Virus record (IMG/VR): IMGVR_UViG_3300049979_000170
Span: 1-64,000 of that record
DNA from: a virus
Taxonomy: Duplodnaviria; Caudoviricetes
Strand: one strand, 5' to 3'
Length of the DNA: 64,000 nt
Shown: in pieces, positions 18,036-25,996 of the stretch
How the letters are laid out: every line of letters starts with the position of its first letter
Numbering within the stretch: the stretch's first letter is position 1
Made by a program: the position numbers and the translations under genes
The notes under the pieces: model-generated
Told to the model about the DNA's origin: nothing
The model's database searches: none
Seen by the model: the letters and a program-made list of their open reading frames with translations, nothing else

Positions 18036-18259
18036 CCGAATGCGAGCTTGAACGCCACGGTGATGTCAGGATCGGAAAACTTGAAGGTCAGGAATTGCTC
18101 GCAATCCGAGACCCGCGTGTGCCAGTATGCTCGGGTGTCCGGATGCTGATCGAGCCATAGACTGATCTGACGCTCCTGTCCCAAAGCTTTCTTCATCGTA
18201 ATGGTGAATTCGGCCCAAGGAAAATCCACTTCCTTCGGCATACAATTGGCATGGTCCAT
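18032..18259 (-). CDS. FKMRW-motif small protein
   Basis: ends FSDPDITVAFKLAFG. Confidence 0.8.
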   Translation of the reverse strand: MDHANCMPKEVDFPWAEFTITMKKALGQERQISLWLDQHPDTRAYWHTRVSDCEQFLTFKFSDPDITVAFKLAFG

Positions 18260-18274
18260 AAAATATAGCCCGAA

Positions 18275-18676
18275 TCAACCCCAGCGCATCTTAAATTCAA
18301 ATGCGTCGTCTGGTCTGGTAAAAAACCCGTGGACCCTCTGATAACCGTACTGACTGTCTTCGTCCATTATGTAAACCGGAACTATGACGAACCGACCGAG
18401 CCGCCCGGTCCCGATCTGGATCATCGGACCCTTGCTGATCCAATTCGTACCAACCGAGAACCCGTCATCCCCAAATCGCTCCAGGCACCAGTCTCGAACC
18501 GCCAGAACAAGAACCTCGTCACGATCCGCCGCGATGACTTGATAGCAGTATTTGTCCGTGATCAGATTGAGATGGGTGATCTGATCCTCGTATGCGAGTC
18601 GCCGCAGATTCCCAAATTGCGCAACGACGGCGTCACGAATCTTGCGGTTCGAGCGCCGCCGCTTGGCTGGATTCAT
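18275..18676 (-). CDS. FKMRW-motif small protein
   Basis: VRDWCLERFG...FTRPDDAFEFKMRWG. Confidence 0.85.
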   Translation of the reverse strand: MNPAKRRRSNRKIRDAVVAQFGNLRRLAYEDQITHLNLITDKYCYQVIAADRDEVLVLAVRDWCLERFGDDGFSVGTNWISKGPMIQIGTGRLGRFVIVPVYIMDEDSQYGYQRVHGFFTRPDDAFEFKMRWG

Positions 18677-19098
18677 GGGCCGGGTGGCTTTACTTTGCTG
18701 AACTGGCCGAACGTGGCAACCTTCACGTTCGGACCCGTCATCACCCTGTTGATGACCAAGGCGTCTTCGGAGTCGCCCATCATTTCCTTCGGATCAGGCT
18801 CCGGCTCCTTCACCGGAACCCCGTCAATGAACTTCCTGTAGATTCGGGAGGTCTGATAGTACGACGGCACAGGAGTCATCGCAGCACGAGCGCGCTGCAT
18901 CATGAGGATCATCTCGTCCATCATCTCGATGTCGTTCACCGGGATTTGTACGGCCTGCCTCACTCCGTAGTGGGAAAGCTCATGCACCAGATGATACGAG
19001 GCATCCTGCCCGTACGAATCCCGGACGATCTCGAACGTCATCCCACCGTTGCCGGTGCTGAAGTGCGTGGATTCGAGCGTTTCGGTCTTCTTGCTCAT
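18673..19098 (-). CDS. hypothetical protein
   Basis: MSKKTETL..., ATGA-coupled. Confidence 0.7.
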   Translation of the reverse strand: MSKKTETLESTHFSTGNGGMTFEIVRDSYGQDASYHLVHELSHYGVRQAVQIPVNDIEMMDEMILMMQRARAAMTPVPSYYQTSRIYRKFIDGVPVKEPEPDPKEMMGDSEDALVINRVMTGPNVKVATFGQFSKVKPPGP

Positions 19099-19295
19099 GG
19101 GAATTTCCGTTCGGTGAACAACTTCTTCAGGTTGACCGGAAGAGATTCGTACTGTGCCTGACTGATCATCCCCGGACCAGGGAACGGAAGCGTCTGAAGG
19201 ATCAGGAGCAAATCGAAAAGCTCGTCCGGCGTGGGGGCGGCCACATTGGTCGCACGAATGTATGTCGAGGGGAGCATATCTGACCTTATGACCAA
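19095..19295 (-). CDS. small hypothetical protein
   Basis: coupled within the operon. Confidence 0.6.
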   Translation of the reverse strand: MVIRSDMLPSTYIRATNVAAPTPDELFDLLLILQTLPFPGPGMISQAQYESLPVNLKKLFTERKFP

Positions 19296-19525
19296 CGCAT
19301 GCGGAATTCAAAAGCGGCAGTCTCGTCATAGATGACGAATAGAGCGGTCGCAACAACCGGACGACGGCTGGGTGAGCCAAACCACGAGGGTGTGGTTTTC
19401 ATCCACGTGTCGCTGGGCATCGACCCGTATCGCTCCTCACAGTACGCCGTGGCCTCATCGATCTGATCCTGCTCTTGGATGACGAACTCAGCCTCCCCAT
19501 CCCACACCTCAAATTTCTCAGACAT
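19286..19525 (-). CDS. FKMRW-motif small protein
   Basis: AYCEERYG...IYDETAAFEFRMRWS; GGGAGG RBS. Confidence 0.85.
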   Translation of the reverse strand: MSEKFEVWDGEAEFVIQEQDQIDEATAYCEERYGSMPSDTWMKTTPSWFGSPSRRPVVATALFVIYDETAAFEFRMRWS

Positions 19526-19576
19526 TGACTTCCTCCCAAATTGACGTATTTTCTATCATACAGGAGAGGGCAATCA

Positions 19577-19723
19577 ATGCGCAATTTTATCACGCGGGAA
19601 GCCGCAGCGATGCACGAACGTCTTCAGATGGCGAAAGCGCTTGGGATCGACGTGAGCCGGATCAAGAAGGTCCACGTCAGCGGTAAGACCCGGCTCGGGG
19701 TGATCGATGGATGTAAGCGTTGA
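19577..19723 (+). CDS. small hypothetical protein
   Basis: GGAGAGG RBS; coupled to the next gene. Confidence 0.55.
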   Translation: MRNFITREAAAMHERLQMAKALGIDVSRIKKVHVSGKTRLGVIDGCKR

Positions 19724-19965
19724 TCAGCTTCGAATACCTCTTCCTGCCGGAGGACGACGAAGGGTTCTTGCACGAATTCAGTCTTCGTGGACCACTGTTC
19801 GAGGCCGATGACGCCGAGGTAGAAGCTGCGGATGCGTGGTGTCACGAGCATTTCGGCCCACCGGGGTTCGGCGAAGAATGCCGCTGGGTCGCGAACAGTA
19901 CGCTGAACGCGTACTGGTTTCGCAACGAGTTGGATGCGTTTACGTTTCGAATCAGGTGGGGATGA
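19720..19965 (+). CDS. FKMRW-motif small protein
   Basis: DAWCHEHFG...FRNELDAFTFRIRWG. Confidence 0.85.
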   Translation: MISFEYLFLPEDDEGFLHEFSLRGPLFEADDAEVEAADAWCHEHFGPPGFGEECRWVANSTLNAYWFRNELDAFTFRIRWG

Positions 19966-20204
19966 ACATGGCAAAGGACGCGAACAGAGGATCACACGGG
20001 CACATAACTCTAGTGCCCTTGGCTTACCCCGCTGAGGTGCGCCGAGACATCTCGAACGCCGAGATCGGACGGATGCTCGAATGGGCCAAAGACCCGGAGA
20101 TTCCCGGCCTCTTCCGTCACCGCTACGATCATCAAAAGAAGGCGATGGTCGTCTCGTTCACGGACGAGAATGCCGCGTTCCAGTTCAAGGTCCGGTGGGG
20201 ATGA
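19962..20204 (+). CDS. FKMRW-motif small protein
   Basis: ends FTDENAAFQFKVRWG. Confidence 0.85.
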   Translation: MNMAKDANRGSHGHITLVPLAYPAEVRRDISNAEIGRMLEWAKDPEIPGLFRHRYDHQKKAMVVSFTDENAAFQFKVRWG

Positions 20205-20380
20205 ACGCACAACTCGACACCCTCCTCGACGCGCTCGATCGGGCCATCCAAACGCGGGAAGCAGCCGAAACCACTGGATGGACCAATCGCTCGCCCGAGG
20301 AAGCCCGCAAGATGGTTGCGGATGCCCGCCACGCCATCCATGACTTCGTCGCGGCACTCGCCACAGGGAAGCTACCATGA
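20201..20380 (+). CDS. small hypothetical protein
   Basis: ATGA-coupled at both ends. Confidence 0.65.
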   Translation: MNAQLDTLLDALDRAIQTREAAETTGWTNRSPEEARKMVADARHAIHDFVAALATGKLP

Positions 20381-20568
20381 CCCCGGAAGAGAAGCGGGCT
20401 CGCTACGTCGAAGAGTTGATCTTCGGTCTCAAGACGGCCCTGGAATGCGCCGAGATCGTCCAGAAAGACCCGAGCAATCGAACCGCCCTTCGAACGCTCG
20501 ACCGACACATCAAGATGTCAGCCGCGATACATCAGGACATCGTCAAAACGGCCGAGGCGGATCGATGA
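20377..20568 (+). CDS. small hypothetical protein
   Basis: ATGA-coupled. Confidence 0.6.
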   Translation: MTPEEKRARYVEELIFGLKTALECAEIVQKDPSNRTALRTLDRHIKMSAAIHQDIVKTAEADR

Positions 20569-20878
20569 AGTCCTCGCGCCGGATGTGCTTGCGAGCGTTG
20601 TTGTAACGCTCGCAATCCTCCCCGGTCATCGCCCGTGATCCAGTCCGGGCGTAGACCTCGTCCTCGATCGTCCGCTGAGCCGCGTATACGGCTGCGCCCC
20701 AGCGGCTGTCGATCTCCTTATCCCGCTTCCACTGGCGGTTCTCCCGGAGCGTCCTTGGGAGCCGAATCGTGTAGGCATATCCAAGCACCAGAAACGTGTA
20801 CGTGTAGATGTACGCTCCGGCCCAGAATCCCCGCGCGTGCAGGTTCGGCGTGAAGTCTTCGAGCTTCATCGGAAACAC
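20543..20878 (-). CDS. putative membrane protein
   Basis: hydrophobic stretch FWAGAYIYTYTFLVLGYAY. Confidence 0.6.
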   Translation of the reverse strand: MFPMKLEDFTPNLHARGFWAGAYIYTYTFLVLGYAYTIRLPRTLRENRQWKRDKEIDSRWGAAVYAAQRTIEDEVYARTGSRAMTGEDCERYNNARKHIRREDFIDPPRPF

Positions 20879-21087
20879 GCTACCAGTTGGGTGAGCCCGC
20901 CGATCAGGCCCACGGCGAAGAACAGGGTCGCCAGAATGACCCCGTCATGAACCCGCATGATCCGATTGTGCATATGGTCGTGCGCCGACGACCAGACGCG
21001 CAACTCCCTGCCACGCCGATAATGCCATAGATTCCATAGAAATGACCGCCTGGGATCGACCATTCCACGTTCAAGTACACTCATCAC
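20866..21087 (-). CDS. putative membrane protein
   Basis: C-terminal hydrophobic helix. Confidence 0.6.
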   Translation of the reverse strand: MMSVLERGMVDPRRSFLWNLWHYRRGRELRVWSSAHDHMHNRIMRVHDGVILATLFFAVGLIGGLTQLVACFR

Positions 21088-21749
21088 AGCATCCCGTATT
21101 TCTTCAATTCGACATCGATCTCGCGAATGCGAGCATGTAGTTCATTATTGTCGTCGTACCGCACCAGCCTATCGGGATAGTCTGGTACCTGCTGAGACGA
21201 ATACTTCGTCTCGACCCGATCGCGGTATCGGTCCGGAGACGAGACACGCCCGAACCGCGTGGTCACCGAACTCCCGTAACCGACAAGCTCCATCGATCGC
21301 TCCTGCCAGCAGCCGGTCACGACGCTCTTAGTGCGACGACCCTCCCTGGCATCGTCCCACTGCCGATGATACTCGGCCTCGCGTACGGCGAACCGCGCGT
21401 CGTTTTGGGCGATCTTGGCCAGAAGCACGGTCTTCTCGTTGAGCAGCTTGAACGCGCCAGGACCGCGCATGTCGAGGACCCGGCGCTCGAACGCGTCATA
21501 CGCCTTCAGAATCTCATCCCGATTTCGCTCTGTCCACAGCCGGACATGCTTGCGTGTTTCGTTAAGGTTTAACCCGTACCCGCCATCACGGAATCGAATG
21601 CCCTTCCACTTCTCATGATGCCCGTCGAAATCGAAGTGGACGCGGAATCGATCGTACCTATTCTGGTAGTGATTGAACAGCTTGATCTGGACACCCCGAA
21701 AAGGACTTGCGCGATTGTCCTTCCAATTCATCACGAGATTGGCCATCAC
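21084..21749 (-). CDS. hypothetical protein
   Basis: 221 aa, GAGGGG RBS. Confidence 0.75.
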   Translation of the reverse strand: MMANLVMNWKDNRASPFRGVQIKLFNHYQNRYDRFRVHFDFDGHHEKWKGIRFRDGGYGLNLNETRKHVRLWTERNRDEILKAYDAFERRVLDMRGPGAFKLLNEKTVLLAKIAQNDARFAVREAEYHRQWDDAREGRRTKSVVTGCWQERSMELVGYGSSVTTRFGRVSSPDRYRDRVETKYSSQQVPDYPDRLVRYDDNNELHARIREIDVELKKYGML

Positions 21750-21755
21750 GCCCCC

Positions 21756-22142
21756 TCAGGAAAACTTCATCCGGAACATAAACGCGGTTGCCGGATCAGT
21801 AAACGTGTACGTGTATATATCTCCGATTTTCGTCGGCTCTTCGACCATCCCACCCTCAGGCGGAAACGTGACGAACGCAAAGTCCGGAAGAACCTCCATC
21901 AGAGGCTCCTCCCGGATGTGGACGAACCCCTGGGCCTCCGACGACGAGACCCATTCATGCGCGGCCATAGCCACCATATGGGCGTCGATCCCATAGAGTA
22001 AGACAGAAGGGAGATGAACATTCAAGAAGTACAACGGCACCTTCAGAACCACCTGGGGGTGCTTGCGCCGGATGAACCCGCCGCCGAAACGCTCACGGTC
22101 CTCCCACTCTTCGTCGTTCAACAGGATCGCCATCAGCACCAC
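21756..22142 (-). CDS. FKMRW-motif small protein
   Basis: ends FTDPATAFMFRMKFS. Confidence 0.8.
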   Translation of the reverse strand: MVLMAILLNDEEWEDRERFGGGFIRRKHPQVVLKVPLYFLNVHLPSVLLYGIDAHMVAMAAHEWVSSSEAQGFVHIREEPLMEVLPDFAFVTFPPEGGMVEEPTKIGDIYTYTFTDPATAFMFRMKFS

Positions 22143-22378
22143 CGGAGGCGGAATTCAAACGCATCGCACTCGTGCTTGAAACAAAATACGAAATCGGTCC
22201 GATTAATCATGTGAGAAAGCAAATCGACGAAGTGCCGGTCTTCGCACCACTTGCGAACTTCCGCCAGAAACGCATTGGAAGTCACGACCGTAGCGGGGCT
22301 GTCATTCTGCGGCCACGGAATCCAACCGAATATGTGCGGATACGTGCGGTCCGGAAACGAATGGTAGCTCATGCTCAT
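22133..22378 (-). CDS. FKMRW-motif small protein
   Basis: VRKWCED...FKHECDAFEFRLRWC. Confidence 0.85.
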   Translation of the reverse strand: MSMSYHSFPDRTYPHIFGWIPWPQNDSPATVVTSNAFLAEVRKWCEDRHFVDLLSHMINRTDFVFCFKHECDAFEFRLRWC

Positions 22379-22387
22379 GATTCGATC

Positions 22388-22603
22388 TTACCCGAATCTC
22401 AAGACGAACGCGAACGCCTCTTCGTAATTTTTGAAGAAGGCGCAGTACTCAGACATCCTTGGAGTCAACTCGAAAGAATCGCATGTGCCGGACGAGCCTT
22501 GCTGCTCGAACCACTCATTGGCCTCGTGGAACCGTGTGAACTGAAGAGGGACACGATAGAGGTACGTCTGCCCAAGAGAGATGAAGCTGCATTCGATAAT
22601 CAT
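22388..22603 (-). CDS. FKMRW-motif small protein (RFG subfamily)
   Basis: ends FKNYEEAFAFVLRFG. Confidence 0.85.
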   Translation of the reverse strand: MIIECSFISLGQTYLYRVPLQFTRFHEANEWFEQQGSSGTCDSFELTPRMSEYCAFFKNYEEAFAFVLRFG

Positions 22604-22612
22604 CTCGCGATC

Positions 22613-22888
22613 CTAACCGAATCGCATCTGGAAGGCGAACGCGTCCTCATAGGAGGTGAAGCCAAACGAGCACTCCTGCTGCTCGAACAGGTTTTCCTCC
22701 ACAAACAACTTGTAAATGGCGATCGGGAAAACGCCCGGCGTATGCTGGGCCAGCCATACCTCAGCGTCAGCGATCCTCTCCAGCATGCGCGTATCATCCT
22801 GATCACCCGAACTGTCCCGCAGAATCGGAAGTTCGACGCTATGCGTCAGGTGGACCCCGTAACGGGATAGGGAGATCGGCTTGATCAT
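22613..22888 (-). CDS. FKMRW-motif small protein (RFG subfamily)
   Basis: ends FTSYEDAFAFQMRFG. Confidence 0.85.
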   Translation of the reverse strand: MIKPISLSRYGVHLTHSVELPILRDSSGDQDDTRMLERIADAEVWLAQHTPGVFPIAIYKLFVEENLFEQQECSFGFTSYEDAFAFQMRFG

Positions 22889-23089
22889 GCAAATTTCATC
22901 ACGTACGAGAAGGCGTCCTCATACCGGACGAAATACATGTGTGTAATGATCCGTGGATACTTCAATTTCACAAACCGCCGCAATGCCCTGTTGAGAAACC
23001 CACCCCCTCGAAGGCTCAAGCTGGCCGTATACGGGAACGCGGAAGCTGTAGACACGGCCTCTGAGCGGTAAAGAAACGGTTTCGATCAT
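22885..23089 (-). pseudogene. frameshifted FKMRW-family member
   Basis: 205 nt (3n+1); the ATG frame matches paralog 22388-22603, while the motif FVRYEDAFSYVMKFA is in the +1 frame after GTATTTC (about 22931). Confidence 0.75.
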
Positions 23090-23379
23090 CCGAATCTCAT
23101 CAGAAACGCGAACGCATCCTCATAGCAGGTGAAGCCGATCCAGTACTCCTGCGCGGTCGCCCAGCTTTCAATCGCCGGGTTGAAGTCGAGGTTGATCACG
23201 ATCGGATAGGCCGTGCCCATGCCGACCTTGCGCTTCGACACCCCAGGGGTGTTCTTCTTGATCCACGCCCAAGCCTCGTCGATGAGGTCCCAAGTCTGCT
23301 CACCGTCGTCGAGATCGGGAAGGAGGACCCGATGGGTGAAGAGGACGCCGTCGTGGGTCTCGTTGATGGGTACGATCAT
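23086..23379 (-). CDS. FKMRW-motif small protein (RFG subfamily)
   Basis: ends FTCYEDAFAFLMRFG; start uncertain. Confidence 0.85.
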   Translation of the reverse strand: MIVPINETHDGVLFTHRVLLPDLDDGEQTWDLIDEAWAWIKKNTPGVSKRKVGMGTAYPIVINLDFNPAIESWATAQEYWIGFTCYEDAFAFLMRFG

Positions 23380-23437
23380 GGAGAGCGCCGAAATCGGTCC
23401 TAAATGCGATGAATGGCGACTCCATGATAAATAAAGG

Positions 23438-23983
23438 ATGTGGTCATGTAAACATTGCAAACAAGAATTCGACTATTCATCGACAAGCCAGAAGGCCAAC
23501 CATTCTCGGTGGTGCATTGCCAAGCCGGGTAGCCGCGACACTACGGTGTTGAAGGCGGCACAAATGCGCGTTCAAAACGAGAAGCTTGGACTGATGACCA
23601 AGTTTATCGTTAAGTGCGATCGATGTGAATCAGATGTAGAAGTTACTGAGAGAAAAAACCTTCATCCCGTAAAAGAAAAATACTTCTGTGGTAGGAAATG
23701 CAGCAATTTTCGCGGCAGCGGTCTCGAATGGCACAAAGGGAAGCGTGAACTTACCAGATATACAACCATATGCTTTGCGCATCATGAAAAGAAATGCGTT
23801 GTATGTGGCGAGAACAAAATCGTGGCTGTTCACCACCTTGACGAGAATCATAAGAACAACGATCCATCGAATCTCGTTCCAATGTGTCCGACTCATCATC
23901 AATACTGGCACAGTCCACATAGAGCGGACGTAGAACAGTCTGTGCAGGAATATATCGGTAATTGGATCAATAAAAACAACTAA
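23438..23983 (+). CDS. HNH homing endonuclease with N-terminal Zn-ribbon motifs
   Basis: CKHC, CDRC; CVVCG...VHHLDENHKNNDPSNLVPMCPTHH; TAAATA-N4-ATG; abuts a tRNA. Confidence 0.9.
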   Translation: MWSCKHCKQEFDYSSTSQKANHSRWCIAKPGSRDTTVLKAAQMRVQNEKLGLMTKFIVKCDRCESDVEVTERKNLHPVKEKYFCGRKCSNFRGSGLEWHKGKRELTRYTTICFAHHEKKCVVCGENKIVAVHHLDENHKNNDPSNLVPMCPTHHQYWHSPHRADVEQSVQEYIGNWINKNN

Positions 23984-23992
23984 TACAACCTG

Positions 23993-24068
23993 TGGTGGAG
24001 TACTAGGGAATCGAACCCTACGAAAACTGCTTGCAAAACAGCCGGTGTCCCCAGCTACCTCGTACCCC
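23993..24068 (-). tRNA. tRNA-Ala(TGC), atypical D-arm
   Basis: GGGGTAC/GTACTCC with G3:U70, A73, loop TT-TGC-AA, CCA; G at position 8. Confidence 0.85.
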
Positions 24069-24071
24069 AAG

Positions 24072-24250
24072 CCACAGTTGTAAAAACTCTCCCTTAGCAG
24101 GGGAGAGGCCGTCTTAGTACAACATCTAAGTCCGGATGCAACCCCGGAATCCCTTCGCGTGGATCGCTCCACGTTACTTTGCCTAACCATCGCGATGGGC
24201 AGGCGCGTGAGGAAGCCGTTCTCACCTCAGTAGACGTTGGTAGTCTCGTT
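24072..24250 (-). ncRNA. candidate multi-hairpin structured RNA
   Basis: six hairpins by eye, including CGTGGA-GCGA-TCCACG and CTCTCCC-N7-GGGAGAG-TTTTT; no credible ORF. Confidence 0.55.
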
Positions 24251-24252
24251 GT

Positions 24253-24329
24253 TGGTTGCGGAGCTTGGATTTGAACCAAGGACCTCTAGGTTATGAGCCT
24301 AGCAAGCTACCAGACTGCTCCACCCCGCA
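24253..24329 (-). tRNA. tRNA-Met(CAT), initiator-like
   Basis: TGCGGGGTGGAGCAG...CT-CAT-AA...TTCAAAT..CCGCAACCA resembles bacterial tRNA-fMet. Confidence 0.9.
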
Positions 24330-24352
24330 ACAGCCAACAACGTTGAGATATT

Positions 24353-24427
24353 TGGAGCGGGCGATCGGGATCGAACCGACGACAGCCACATTGGCAATGT
24401 GGTACTCTACCGCTGAGTTACACCCGC
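24353..24427 (-). tRNA. tRNA-Gly(GCC)
   Basis: CCACA-TT-GCC-AA-TGTGG, CCA end. Confidence 0.95.
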
Positions 24428-24511
24428 GCACCAAATAACGAATCTATTTAGTAACAGACTCGATTATCGTAGGCGAGCAAGGTCAAAACCTTCGGGAACG
24501 GCCGGTTCAAA

Positions 24512-24712
24512 TGGCCTGGGGTCCGTGTTGGAACCCTTCCGAGGGGGAATCGAACCCCCGTAGCATGACCAGGGCTAGAGCTATGCTCCCTACCGCGATC
24601 CTTCCGCTACCCCAAACCTGGGACGCAGTGATTACATAGTAGCGCCCCTGATGACGCCTCGAATGACTACCACTGCCGGGGCGCCTTGACGCCCAACTCG
24701 CCTTCGATTCAC
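24512..24712 (-). ncRNA. candidate ncRNA: pseudoknot followed by a tRNA-like domain ending in CCA
   Basis: T-arm GGGGG-TTCGATT-CCCCC; TTGGGGT/ACCCCAG-G-CCA; crossing stems GCGCCCC/GGGGCGC and GCAGTGGT/ATCACTGC. Confidence 0.55.
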
Positions 24713-24714
24713 CC

Positions 24715-24743
24715 AATATAGGGATTCCTAGCGAGGCTGTCAA
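24715..24743 (-). promoter_or_regulatory. sigma70-type promoter for the ncRNA/tRNA cluster
   Basis: TTGACA-N17-TATATT. Confidence 0.75.
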
Positions 24744-24782
24744 CTAATTCGTCGAACAATTTCTACGAAAATAAATACCCCT

Positions 24783-25316
24783 ATGAGGTACCATGAAATT
24801 GTGTCCGAGGGACGCACGATCGAAATTGACGGCAAGAGTCCATACGAGAAAGAAAGTAAGATGATGAGGTTCTTTGAGAATCCATCACTATCTCAGATAA
24901 TTTCCCTGGCTGCTAGGTTTGATCTTCGTGGCAGCGCTGATGGTGAATCTGTTTTCGTATGGGACGCAAGGCAGATCATTCATCACAATGCGCGTTATCA
25001 TTTAAGGCACGAATCTCAATTCGGCGAGGATAATGTGCCTTATGCGTTCAATTTCTACGTCATAAACAAGAATACGAAGTCGGATAGACAGACTCGTGAG
25101 GAATGGGCTTCGTCGAAGCGGTGCGACTTTTACTTGGTTAATCCTCTAACGGTCATCAGCGTGATGAAAAATTGGGGTCCAAAACTTGAGTTGATTCCAA
25201 GTTTCTCCCGGCTCGTTCAGGGCGCGTCGATGATTCCTACGATTCGGTCCAAACCCTCGGCTCCGGATCAGTCGTCTTCTTCGTCCTCGCCTGTTCCTGG
25301 GTCGATCACCGCGTAA
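24783..25316 (+). CDS. late hypothetical protein with a CTS-like N-terminus
   Basis: TAAATA-N5-ATG; MRYHEIVSE. Confidence 0.7.
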   Translation: MRYHEIVSEGRTIEIDGKSPYEKESKMMRFFENPSLSQIISLAARFDLRGSADGESVFVWDARQIIHHNARYHLRHESQFGEDNVPYAFNFYVINKNTKSDRQTREEWASSKRCDFYLVNPLTVISVMKNWGPKLELIPSFSRLVQGASMIPTIRSKPSAPDQSSSSSSPVPGSITA

Positions 25317-25891
25317 TCGCTGATTCGGACCTGGGTGAATCCCGCCTTCACGAGAGCGCGTTCTGACGCGTTTACGCACCCGAAGTTCTCACCGGGGCAG
25401 TGCCACGCGCCCGTGACGACGATCGGGTTGTCTGGCTGAAGCTTCATCGCCTTGACTGCTTTGGCTACTTTCGGGGGCCAGTTTGGTGTGAGGTTATCAC
25501 AGGCGAAGATTCGCCCTGCGATGAGCCCGGCATTCTTCGCACGGTGCAGGGCTCCTTCGAGTGCCCGACTGTAGGTCATGTACATGGGGATTTCGTCGCT
25601 CAGTTCCCCATCGACCACGAGGATATGACCGGTCCAGTGGTTGAGTTCGATGATCAATCCGTCGCGTGATGCACGGGCATCGTATCGCCCAAGAAGGTTG
25701 TCGGCTGAGCCGCAGGCTGACCCCGGATGGGTGAGCACCAACAGGGGCACCACGGGCTGTTCCGGAACAGGCTTTGCCTTCGCCGCCTTGGCGGGCTTCA
25801 TAGGCGCTGGTGGGGCTGCTGGGGCGTGCGGGGCGGTGGTGGGTTCGTTCTGCGCGGCTTCGAGCAGATTGATGATCGAGCGAATATCCAT
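25268..25891 (-). CDS. late protein, possible isochorismatase-like cysteine hydrolase
   Basis: TAAATA-N5-ATG; MDIRSIINLLE; Pro/Ala linker; LLVLTHP...IVVTGAW...GCV. Confidence 0.5.
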   Translation of the reverse strand: MDIRSIINLLEAAQNEPTTAPHAPAAPPAPMKPAKAAKAKPVPEQPVVPLLVLTHPGSACGSADNLLGRYDARASRDGLIIELNHWTGHILVVDGELSDEIPMYMTYSRALEGALHRAKNAGLIAGRIFACDNLTPNWPPKVAKAVKAMKLQPDNPIVVTGAWHCPGENFGCVNASERALVKAGFTQVRISDYAVIDPGTGEDEEDD

Positions 25892-25996
25892 ACTCGTATT
25901 TAGAAAAAAATATTGACCGCCGATTCGCCCGATTCGTACAACGCAGGCATTCCACGGCACCCAATTTTTCCATGCATATTTTTAGGCATTTTTCTC

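Noticed and set aside
23993-24068. tRNA-Cys(GCA) to partner CysRS
   Set aside because: The stem pairs only around TT-TGC-AA, and G3:U70 with A73 indicate Ala.
24560-24590. CT-CTA-GC as the anticodon loop of an amber suppressor tRNA
   Set aside because: No 5-bp stem closes a 7-nt loop around CTA; the pairing is only three bp around 8 nt. Kept only as part of the tRNA-like finding.
24625-24685. HDV-like/theta ribozyme
   Set aside because: P1 with a G:U start and P2 fit, but the P3/L3 segment is too long and the P1.1 GG and catalytic J4/2 elements are missing.
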